DNA of 45,664 nucleotides from Perkinsus chesapeaki ATCC PRA-425 (Eukaryota; Protista; Perkinsozoa): NCBI GenBank assembly GCA_013115145.1, contig JAAPAO010000263.1, positions 1 to 45,664 of the forward strand, read 5' to 3'. Shown piece by piece: positions 36,101 to 45,664 of this stretch (position 1 is its first letter; each line of letters starts with the position of its first letter). The notes under the pieces were generated by a model. It saw only the letters and a program-made list of their open reading frames with translations, ran no database searches and was not told where the DNA came from. The position numbers and the translations under genes were made by a program.

Positions 36101-36600
36101 GGTCTCCTATGACTGCCAACAGGCGCCCTCCTCTGAAAGTTTGTTCTATTAGCAAACAGCTGAGAGTGATATACTGAGCGGTATTGCAGAGCATGTTAAT
36201 GAGTCTGGCAAGCTGGGCTTTTCTAGCTGTCACCCGTTAGACTGACGAGCGTGTAGGGAGGGCTCATAAAAGCCATCGATGCTCGGGCAGTCGGAACCAA
36301 GGTTGTTGAGCTGGGCTATTACGCCAAGGCCACTAGTTCAGCTATACAACGGAGAAAAGTGCCGACATGATGTCATGGCTGTAGTCAAATAAGAATGACC
36401 GCAGACCCAGAATGAGCTCGGAGACCGCAAGCGTGCAGGTCGACTCCCCGGAAATCTGTTAGCCTTCCCCAACGAGGTAGCGAAGCTTCCTCACGGTGAA
36501 CAACAAACTGAGGAAGATGCAAAAGCCTTCCGTAAGTTCGAGAAATATCTTTTAAACTTCCTGCAAGCTCGGCGAGCACATACCTCTACGGAGTGATGTT
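15172..36600 (-). CDS. Giant multi-exon ARM/HEAT-repeat (alpha-solenoid) protein with internal PDZ domain; 5' end approximate
   Basis: An unbroken chain of minus-strand ORFs has ARM-like helical repeats, e.g. NGAIPELLRVAHESDEPDLAVYGLTALGNLA, VRRYLAGSLANLMS and MLGGQRALLALSRYSEDSIMRQQATVLL. I checked phase-compatible GT-AG junctions on both sides of the 21487-26468 exon and within the PDZ. The stop is at 15172. Not every junction was verified, so a split into two genes cannot be excluded. Confidence 0.75.
27650..28190 (-). other. PDZ domain within the giant ARM protein, split by an intron of about 320 nt
   Basis: FTLTFTEVDVPRIGLKISWQSPYPVVKHVMPEGAADRRGE|VREGDLLIAINDDTEVVTKDYATCIEPLLLQRPLKLTLRHP has a carboxylate-binding loop (RIGL) and the G-x-x-x-x-GD-x-L-x-x-IN motif. 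Confidence 0.85.
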
Positions 36601-36820
36601 CAGGGGCGACGAATAGATCCTGGTGCCCCGGTACAGAACGTAAGCGCTTCTTTCGACACATTGCCTTTTAAGTACAGAGGGCTACGTAACATAACTAATC
36701 GATTTTCTTGCGCGCCTCAAAATTATATTTTGTCTCGTTTTTTCTAACTGTGAACGGCTGCGCAAGATTCTCCGAAGGTTAATTGACTTACCGCGGGTCA
36801 GGAGTCTAATTGTTTAGTAA

Positions 36821-37525
36821 ATGTTCGAACGCTATCGTGCTGCTCGACGACGCAGTGGATCTGATATTCAATCAATCTTCCGTAACGAAATGGAAATATC
36901 AAGGCAAGGCACCATTGACTCATGCGACGGTGGAGAGGATAATAATGAAACCCCTCGAACACGAAGTGACACTATAGCCAGCGAACTGGTAGCCGCTACC
37001 GACCCACAAGTTGACAAAGGAGCGGTACCGGCTTCACCGACGATGTTAAGTGTTAAGGGTTGGCTATCCTCCAGTGGTCGAGATGAATCTGAGTTCACCA
37101 AGAACGCTGGTACAGTAATAAGGCATGCTCCAGGCAGCTTCACGTGGACCTTGCCGCGCCCCGATCTCACTGGAAGAATTGGTACGACTAGATTTAGAAT
37201 GTGCTCTGATGCCGATGCCTGCAAAGAGGCTTTTAAGGGAGCTGAGGTGGCTATGGAATACACCAAGAACGATGATGACGAAACAGTGTTGAAGCTATAC
37301 TCTATGCGGAACCGATTGGGCTTCAGGATTATGATTGATGATAATGAGATTGTTGTTAATGAGGAGGCAGCAAAGGTCGTATATGGGCGGGGGCTAAAAA
37401 GGCTTAGCGTTTACGCTTGGGGTGCATCTAGAAATTACGGGAATATGTGTTATACTGTGATGGTTAGTATTAGGAGTGATTTATACCAGTTAGTAAGAGG
37501 CTTCCAAGAGGAACGTGCATGGTGA
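36821..37525 (+). CDS. Intronless hypothetical protein (234 aa)
   Basis: A long single ORF with an ATG start; low-complexity N-half and globular-looking C-half; AT-rich DNA on both sides. No family recognised. Confidence 0.6.
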   Translation: MFERYRAARRRSGSDIQSIFRNEMEISRQGTIDSCDGGEDNNETPRTRSDTIASELVAATDPQVDKGAVPASPTMLSVKGWLSSSGRDESEFTKNAGTVIRHAPGSFTWTLPRPDLTGRIGTTRFRMCSDADACKEAFKGAEVAMEYTKNDDDETVLKLYSMRNRLGFRIMIDDNEIVVNEEAAKVVYGRGLKRLSVYAWGASRNYGNMCYTVMVSIRSDLYQLVRGFQEERAW

Positions 37526-37844
37526 AATATATCCTCTTAGAAACCAATATAATAACTAATTGATATAAAACCTAATATATTAATAGTTTTCTGAGGCTGT
37601 ACGAGTTGTCGGTGGTTGAATACTAGCAAATAGGAGATACTCGGTATGTTGGCAGCTCATTAGTGTGAATTTTGATTCTCCGTATCATTTATTATCGTTT
37701 TACTACTGTTATATGTCCCTCCTCTTCCTTCATTTCTTTCAGACTGATCGCTTCCAGTTCGCATACGAGATAAAAGCGCCTCAACTTGCCAACATCCAGT
37801 CTTCTTCTTCGTCATCATCACCACCACTGGGATCAACTTCCCCT

Positions 37845-38097
37845 CTAAACATCAAATGTGATGTATTTTCTGTCAACGGTGAACCCGTGAGCTCTCATGC
37901 CATCTAATGTCTGGGCTGCACCTTTCTGTATCCCGTGTATCATTACTCTCATAAGAGGACGCATAGTTGCTAACCGCGTGAACGAAGCTGCTGCTGCTGC
38001 AGCAGCAGGTACTCTGAAGAAAACCGCCTTGTACTAGCAGCGCTTCGTAATTCTCCATCTTTTCCAGTAGTCGGGCTCCCTCCACATTTTTCTTCAT
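37845..38097 (-). CDS. Possible small multi-exon hypothetical protein
   Basis: MKKNVEGARLLEKMENYEALLVQ can be spliced (one GC donor) to ATMRPLMRVMIHGIQK and DGMRAHGFTVDRKYITFDV*. No family recognised. Confidence 0.3.
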
Positions 38098-38242
38098 GTC
38101 AATGTCGGCGACATTGTAACGTCAAATGGGAACTATTGGTATCATCATCATCACTTCCGATGATAGAAGGCGTTGCGTTAGCAGTGTGTTATTGTAAGCG
38201 TGCCACCGTTTCATTTCATCCTATTTATAAGACTTCTTGTGG

Positions 38243-38951
38243 ATGTCGATATTAAGTCCGAGGCTTCAACCGAAGCGGTGGTCAGAAGTTGCCTTTCGTC
38301 AAGTGGCAATTCGAGGAGTTTTGCAGTCTAAATTCAAGCAGGTTCGAGATAAGGATACTACTAGGATACCTTATTACCTTAAACGAACTAATAGCGGTAA
38401 TTTGCCGGTCTACACTGACTTCAGAGGAGGCAAGCCCTACACTGTGGTGACCCATATAAGGGGAAATATGGAGGTAACGGGACACGGGAGGGCTCTGAGG
38501 GAGGAGGGGGGTACTGGTAGCGGCTGTGTTGAGGGCAGGGCATGTCCTATGAGCATATTATGGTTCTATTGCCCTGAGCGAATGAGGGGGCAGTCGGGGC
38601 TTTGTGGCGCTTAGTGGGGCTATGCTCGATGCCATGTTGGTTTAGTGGATATCAGGGAAGCTTAGTGGCGCTTAGTCAGGTTAATGCTGCTTGTCCTTGC
38701 AGTCCTTCGTTGCAGACCTCCGGTGTGTCCTCTTTGGCGAGCAGGAAGATCCCTCGATGAAGAACGCATCAACGGAGAGGCGAGAAGCCTCAAGTGGTGG
38801 TGGTTATGGCCGAACATCTGCGTCCATTCGGAAAGCCAAGAAGGAGGCAAAAGACCCGACAAGGGAGGTTATAGTGTTCGGTAACAAAATTAGAGTTATT
38901 GGCTTGCGGGAGAAACCAATAAAGCATTGGTTAATGGAACTTGGTTTCTGA
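38243..38951 (+). CDS. MRPL49: Mitochondrial ribosomal protein L49/Img2 family (2 exons: 38243-38473, 38703-38951)
   Basis: The Img2 signature IPYYLKRTNSGNLPVYTDFRGGKPYTVVTHIRGNME|SFVADLR and the typical C-terminus KIRVIGLREKPIKHWLMELGF* are both present. The GT-AG intron is phase 0. Confidence 0.85.
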
Positions 38952-39075
38952 TGTCGGAAAGACAGTCGAGTTTGTCAATAAAGACCTTGGTTTAAAGGCT
39001 GACAGCACCGCGGAAGGTTGGGAGGTGTCATAGTTGATAAATTAGCGCGCTTGCAGCAGCAACAGGGCTTGCTCT

Positions 39076-42000
39076 ATGGCATCAGTCGACGTCCATAATG
39101 TATCATTAAATAGCACAATCAACGGCGCTGGTCTCGGCCTGAGCACTCCTGATGACCTTGAAGCATTGAGGGGGCAAGATCCTCGACAGCTCTCTACCAT
39201 AACTTGTATAGATTTGTCACATAATCTTATATCCAGTCTGAGAGGCTTTGCCAAGTACACTGGCCTCATCGAGCTCAGGCTCTCCGGCAACAGAGTGAAG
39301 TGCCTGGATGGGCTTGATGGTTTGGTACACCTGAAACAGTTGGATCTGAGCTACAACAGGCTTACGTCCCTCGAGGAGGCTGGTACGAGCTTGGGGAGTC
39401 TGGTCAGCTTGGAAAGATTAGAACTGCAAGGGAACAGCATAAGAGAGCTACTGGGCCTTCAACAGGTAGTTGGGAATCGCAGGGGCACTGCGGCGGGCCA
39501 GTGGTGGACTCCCTCGTCAGTAGAGCGCTGAAGTCCCCTCCAGTGTATAGTGCGAAACTTTTTTTGGTTTTCTTCGTCCTCACCAATGTAGAAAGTCAAA
39601 TGCGTACACCCAACACTGCATAGGGCCTTAAATAGAAGAGAACACTTGAAAAATATGGAATGGAAGTACAGCAGCAGCAAGGTCGAATACGGTTGATGTC
39701 AGTGCTGGCGAGGAAGTGGTAATGCATCCCCATCTAGTAGGGAAGGGAGTGATGGTCTGATGTACTTGGATTTGAGGGATAACCATATAGGGGACCCCAC
39801 CCAGTTGCTGTATATATCTGGTACAGGGATCAAACAGGTGGGGTAACAAGGGCGGGGTGCTTGAAAGATCGAGCGGTGTTCTCCCTCGTGCATTGCTGGA
39901 AAAATCCTTAGTTCCGGAGAGCCCCGATGGAATACTGTACCCTCCAATCCTAGACAAACACAAATGTTGTTAATAATATCTTTCAAGGGGCGGCAGTGTG
40001 CCGCTGGCAGACGATGCATTTGCACTGAGCAAGGCCCTTGCCGCAAGGGAAGATCTTCGCAGCGCTTAGGCTTCGCCGCGAAGTCCGCACTGTGTTGGCT
40101 ATCAGGCCGCTTTCTATATTGAGTTATCATTAAGCCTGCTGGTGTCTTAGGAGGGTTTTCTTAATTCGGTACTGCTTTGTTTTGATCTCCTATAAGCAGC
40201 TATATGTACATAAAGGCCGGTCTGATACTGTCCGGTTGTCGATGCTGCGTCCAGTTGGCGAAGTTTCAGTTACTTCTGAAGGGTGCTCGAGAGCACTGTA
40301 ACACAATCTGCAACGAGCCCGGCTATCGGCTTATGGTCCTTCAAACCCTACCGAATATAGAAGTGCTGGACGGTCGAGTTGTCACAGAAGAGGAGAGAAG
40401 GGAAGCTCGGAGTAGACCATTGGTTATTATGTCTGAGAGGAAGAAGGATAGTCAACAGTCACAGACGACAAGGCAACAGCAGCAGCCACAGCAAGGTGAG
40501 AATACCCCTATATAGGGGGAGGCTCTCCACTGTCGCTCGCGGGGTCGCTTCGTGTGGCTGCCTCCCTGTCTCTTTTTATGCATGCCGAGTGCACGGTATG
40601 AGCGTATGAGGCTCTCATTCGGTGCTGGAATGTATCTGGGTTGTCGTCTACGTATTCTGATGATGAAATGGAATCTTAGGAGGAAAAATGGGGTAACTCC
40701 GCTTGCCTTTGCAGCCTACTACCGTTTGGCAGTAGGGGAATTAAAAGGCTTGAGGAAGCCAGATAGGCCATCACTAGTGTGATGTACTCAATATGGACTA
40801 TTCGGGTAGACTCTATTACGGCTCCGAGTGGGGAAGGCAGCGCAAAGCAGAGGAAGACAGGCGGCGGTCTACGCAATCCCTGGGCAGATGCACCGCAGTT
40901 CCAGACGAAGAGCTACTCCAAGGCAAAAGAGGTGAGGATCCCCGACCCAAAGCAATGGCTGCTAGCCTGGCTGCAGCGCTAGGTCGGATGCTCTCTGCCA
41001 GGTGAGGTTATCTTGGGAAGGTCCCACGAGAGCAGCAGCGGCGGCGTTGAGGCGAAGCAGACAGGTTGAAGCGGTTGAGACTCTATCCAGTCAGAATGAT
41101 CCATCGGCAGCTAACCGGCAGGTGAGGGCTGCGGCGCACTCGAAGATATGCGGGGAGGCTGGTGGCTGGTGTCGTAGGGTACCGACCATAAGGACTGTGA
41201 TAGGCAGATGGCACAGATGAGAATGATGGTCTCTACGATGCAGGAGCATTACGAAACATTGGTGGCCAGTGTTGTCGGTGTGGCAAGGGGAGAACGAGCG
41301 AGTGTATTCAGTTACGGGAGGCAGCCTCGAGATTAGATGGGACGCGCGGACAGCTGGAGGCTGCTGAGGGCGAATGTCGCAGGCTTGAGGTGAGGGAGAC
41401 CATCGCTATTAGGGGTCCAACAGGGGTAACTTAGGCGGCACTAAAGCACGGTGAGAAGGTGAAGAGCAAGCAAGAGGCGGCTTTGGCGAAAGATCTGAGG
41501 CTTCTCGAGGCTGATATGGAGAAGCGGATGAAACGGCTGAAGTTGACGGAGGTGGGTTATCCTTGTGCTCCTGCTGTCTGGGGGGATAGGTGAGATGTAG
41601 GACAAATTGAAGGAGAGTGAAGAGAGCGAGAAAGAGATGCGAAGGAAGCTGGAGGAATTTGAAGCCGCCAACGGAGATCTCAAGTTGGAAAATGCTCCAC
41701 TGCTGTTAGTAGGGATATCTTAGGGAGGCGCGCGGCGGCCTGCTGGCCAAGTGCTCTGAGCTGGAGGACAGATGCTTGGGCCTGGAAGGATACAGAAAGC
41801 GGGTTGAGGAGTTGGAGAAGGAACTGGGTGAAATAAAAGGGAAGGTGAGCTGTTCTGAGAGTCTGCTGCTGCTGTATAGCTAGGGCTCTGTTTGTAAAGG
41901 AACGAGGGGCAGTTGATGAGATAGTTGTGGCAAGCGGGTTAACGGAGGAAGACGTGACCAATGCGGTGGAGGCGGCGAAGAGGGAGGTTAGGTCTGAGGC

Positions 42001-44724
42001 AGAGAAGAGACTGGCGAGGATGGAAGGAGAAATGAAGGTTATGAAGACCGAGCTTCAGGTAGGCTGCTGATGAAGGCGGGGAACACGAAGCATGGTATGT
42101 GAGAGTTGTCCTTTCCTGTTGGAGGTTCATTCCCGCTTGCCGTGCGAACCTAACACACATCTCGTCAGCGCGGCGCTACTGTGGCAGCTACATCATTTGC
42201 CTCTCCAGGCCCTCCAGGCCGTGGCGTATGTCGGACTTTATGTAGATATGCAAGGGTGTTTAATTAGTAGAAATTGGGAAATATAAAGGCTTCTTGTCGA
42301 GCTTGAAGAATCATAGGTCGAAGGAGGCAAAGTGGCCAAGAGCCCTCCACTGCCAAACCTAAATGCTTTTTCCCAGTGGGGCAGTGATGTCACCTACGTG
42401 TTGCAGTGAATGCCAGTGAATTGAACACCTGCAAATATTGGAATTATGGATGGTTCGTCCGTCAGGAACGCAAAGAGCAAATAAGATGCCAGAGGCAAGC
42501 ATACGAGTCATTGGAGGCCGAGCAACGCAATAAGATGGAGAAAGATAGGATACAGATGGCAGAGCTGAATGACGAGTTGAAACACGCAAACGCTGCAAGT
42601 AAGGCTGAACTTGGTGGTGAAGGAAAAGAATGATTCTGGATTACTGACGAGGTGGAGGATACTCTGAGATCGGTTAAGCGCAAGTGTTGCTAGCTGTGTA
42701 CCGAATTCGCAAGGATTGAAATTGTCTTTGCTGGACAATTGCTGAGAATGGTGGATGTGCGCTAGAAGTCCTACCAGTTGTGGGAGTTATCGAAGTTGTT
42801 GCTGATGATATCGCCGGACTCCTGCTCCTCAGGGGAAGACCTCCGACAGAAGCTGGATGAACTGGGGGGAGAACTCGACAGGGAGAAATACACGGTGAAC
42901 GAATTACGAAGCATGATGGAGGAGAGGGAGAGAGGAGTGACTGACGAGGCTAAGCAGAAGGAGAGACTGATAGAGGAATTGAAAAGGGCGCAAGATGAAG
43001 TGGCGAAACACAAGAAAGCTTTGAAGTAGGGAGCGGCGGCGGCAATTGGGCAATTGACTATCGCTGATTTAGAACTGTCGAGCTGGAAGTAACCAGAGAC
43101 ATCGAACGATTGGTGAAACAGCACGAGAAGGATCGGAGCAAGCAGCAGAACGAACAACGAGAGCAACTGAAGGCGTTGGGGGAAGCGCATGGTAAGGAGT
43201 TGACACAAGTGAAGGCGAGCCTGGCGGCGAAGGAGAAGGAAACTGAAGAGCTCATTGAGAATCTCCAGAAGGAGACGAGACATCATCAGGCATCTAAGGT
43301 TGGACTTTCAATTGGTTGTGGCATACTGTAGGACTGTTAGGAGGCGGCTGCAGCTCTGAGGAAGGATCTGGTGGTGGCGTGCAAGCAGCTGGAGAAGGAG
43401 GTCCACCAGGAGCAGGCATTTGTTAAGAAGATACAGGGGCTTCAAAGCGAGATAGAGAATCTTAAGGCTGAGAAGGAGAAAGAGAAAGCAGAGATGGCAA
43501 GGAGGATAGCCGATCAGGATCAGACTGTTCGTATTGGACCGATAGGGATCAACGAGTATCGCGGGGTTGCTTGAAGGTATCTTTACTGAACGGGAAGGTT
43601 ACCGAGGCGGAGAGAGCTCGAGAAGCCGCTGAGGCCCTTCGCAGGGCGAACGAAGAATATGTGAAAGATGGGCGGCGAAGAGAGGAGGAGCTTCAAGGGA
43701 AGATACGAAATTTGGAAGAATTGGTATGTAGCGACAGGTCCGAGTGTGAAATGTGAGGGGGGTTTGCTGGTGTCAAGGTGAGGAAGAGCTCAGTGGAGGC
43801 TGCGGTTAAGGAGAAGATGGTCGCCGATAGTGCTGATCATGTTAAGTCGTTGAAGAAGCAGCTCCAGAGCACAGAGGCGGAGTTAGAACAGTTGCAGAAA
43901 GAGAGGAAAAAGAGAGACAGGTGAGGCAAATGTTGACTTGGTAAATACGGTAGAGTGTCTTACTGTAGGGACTGGCAGGCTCTGCTGGATGATGAGCTCT
44001 CTAAAGCTGAGCAGGCTCGAGATAAGCTCATGCCCACAGAAGAGAAGCTTGCCGCAGCAGAGGCCGAGGTAAGGGTCGACGCTTCCTGCATGTTGGAGGG
44101 ATAGGTCAGGTGGAGCGGCTTCGGGAGGACATAGGACAAAGGGAGGAATCCTTGCGGTATATTACTTCTGAAGTTGAGGAGATGCGAAGGGCCATGCAAG
44201 AGGAAACTGCTAATAAAGTGGCAGAGGTGGAAAAAAGGCTCAACAGAGAGCACGAGAAGGTGAGGCTTGCAGAAGGTGAAGTGATTCGAGAGAGTAACAG
44301 AGTAACTTACCTGTAATTTACTATTGTGTTTTTGACCAAGTGCAGCAACTCACTCATCCATGTGATGTTAGTCCTATTTTGTCAGAGTCTCTTGGACTTG
44401 GATAAGCAGATCGAAGAAGCTCAGCGAAGAAACGACCGAGAACACGCTCAGCTCGCTCGCGATCGTGACGTAGGAGAATAATTCCAGGTGCGATCGACAG
44501 AGCACTTCCTTTACATAGGCGATGAAGCGCAAAGCGCGTGCCGCTGAGGAACGTGTTAAACATGTTGAGAAAGAGCTCAGAACCGTTCTGAATGAGTACA
44601 ACGGTCTCGGGCGTTGCACTATTATAGGGTGTGAGGGTGTCTCAGATATGAGCACTTGAAGGTCCAATGCGAAGCGAAGATGCGGCGAGCTGCTGACTTA
44701 CTCCTCGAGAGCGGAGTCACGTGA
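39076..44724 (+). CDS. Leucine-rich repeat plus long coiled-coil protein, LRRCC1/VFL1-like centriolar protein candidate (many exons)
   Basis: SDS22-type LRRs (IDLSHNLISSL, LRLSGNRVKCL, LDLSYNRLTSL, LELQGNSIREL, YLDLRDNHI) and an LRR cap (GYRLMVLQTLPNIEVLDGRVV) are followed by many E/K/R-rich coiled-coil exons. The last exon reads YEHLKVQCEAKMRRAADLLLESGVT* (TGA 44722-44724). Orthology is inferred from architecture only. Confidence 0.75.
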
Positions 44725-45526
44725 CTTTTCCACATGAGCAAGCCACACTGTCAAGAACTGTAGGTTTACCAATTCATAAGACCATTTTCTGGAACAGTAA
44801 ATGTTTTGTACAATGCGAACGTCTCACCTCAAACCATCAGCGAATGGGGCTGGCGAATGACTACGTTAACAAACGGAACTTCCTCGCCTCATAATGTGGA
44901 GAACTCGACCAGCAAAGGACTACAGCGTTAAGCATAGGCATAGCCTATTCGGAATTTCAATTCTGCAACAATAACTCGCTTACCAAGTTGCTTGCGCGCG
45001 TAAGCCGTAAGGTGGCATTGTGTAAAGGCCACATTTGGACATTGAGCGGGTTGCATTCCAACCCGTTGAATAGCCCGCTCGGCGTTCAGGGGCTCATTAT
45101 TGAGCCCATGATTGAGGTCGCCGCGAATAACCTGTACGATCTCGTTAAACACTGCCGAATGTATGCACGTTATGGACGCGTATCTCTTTCGCTGGTCATG
45201 AAGAACATGAAGGATCTGAAAAAAGTTTCATGATAAAGCATCATTCAGGTCTTTCTGCTTAGTCACTTTGGTTGCTGCAACCAGGTTGCATCAATTCTCG
45301 AAGCTTAACTTCGAGATCCGTCCCATGTTCAAAGCATTATGCTTCTACAGTGCTCACGTATTGACGCTCAGAAGCGGTAAATGACTGCCTCACTCCTTGA
45401 TCCTAATTATACTATCTGGCGCGGAGTCGCAGTCGGAAATTCTTTGTGGTCGGGTGCGTGATTTCGGACCGAAACTTCCGCCGTGGATGTGACCATCACT
45501 TTCATGTATAGTTTGAGAGCAGCAAT

Positions 45527-45664
45527 CAGGGCCGGTATGCGGATCCTGATCCATGGTTCAATCCGATGATCCGGATCACTCAGTGATCTAATTGTCTGAG
45601 ACAAATCAATCGTGATCCGAAATGCTTGAGCCAGATCCATGATCGTTGATCTTGATCCGTGATC
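45527..45664. mobile_element. Candidate terminus of a DNA transposon/MITE with GATC-rich subterminal repeats (runs off the window)
   Basis: It begins CAGGGCCGG, resembling hAT-type TIR starts, followed by 11 GATC tetramers within 124 bp. The other end is not visible. Confidence 0.35.

Noticed and set aside
39466-40200. Apparent long intron in the LRR gene with a nested minus-strand ORF (39699-40130)
   Set aside because: The plus strand contains a further LRR exon (LMYLDLRDNHIGDPTQLLYI, about 39740-39837), so the minus ORF is probably a shadow.
44715-44726. Perfect 12-bp palindrome AGTCACGTGACT
   Set aside because: It overlaps the last codons and stop of the LRR/coiled-coil gene; single occurrence.
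44928-45233. Overlapping opposite-strand ORFs of 74 and 81 aa
   Set aside because: No motif and no way to choose the coding strand from sequence alone.
1-45664. CRISPR arrays, rRNA, tRNA, intact retrotransposon or transposase ORFs
   Set aside because: No regularly spaced repeats, conserved RNA signatures or RT/integrase/DDE motifs were seen by eye. tRNAscan-SE and Infernal/Rfam were not run.

Overview
Eukaryotic genomic DNA of about 50% GC, gene-dense, with many short (about 30-130 nt) GT-AG introns, so most supplied ORFs are exon fragments. The gene style suggests an alveolate protist, most plausibly a Perkinsus species; this is an inference, not verified. The window has two parts. (1) About 1-15 kb is an accessory island. 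It holds two paralogous 4-exon secreted 10-Cys proteins, a divergent single-domain 6TM voltage-gated cation channel with C-terminal EF-hand, an intronless secreted protein, and a tandem array of four 64-65 aa secreted peptides with a defensin-like (CS-alpha-beta-like) Cys scaffold. Each peptide gene is followed by a conserved stem-loop showing a compensatory base change, and the array is interleaved with fragments of different ages copied from the neighbouring gene. (2) About 15-45 kb is core-like. It holds a giant (about 21 kb) ARM/HEAT-repeat gene with an internal PDZ domain and one about 5 kb exon, a hypothetical protein, mitochondrial ribosomal protein L49/Img2, and an LRR plus coiled-coil gene resembling LRRCC1/VFL1. 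The window ends in a GATC-rich stretch that may be a DNA transposon terminus. I saw no rRNA, tRNA or CRISPR array. Exon models and identity counts were made by eye.
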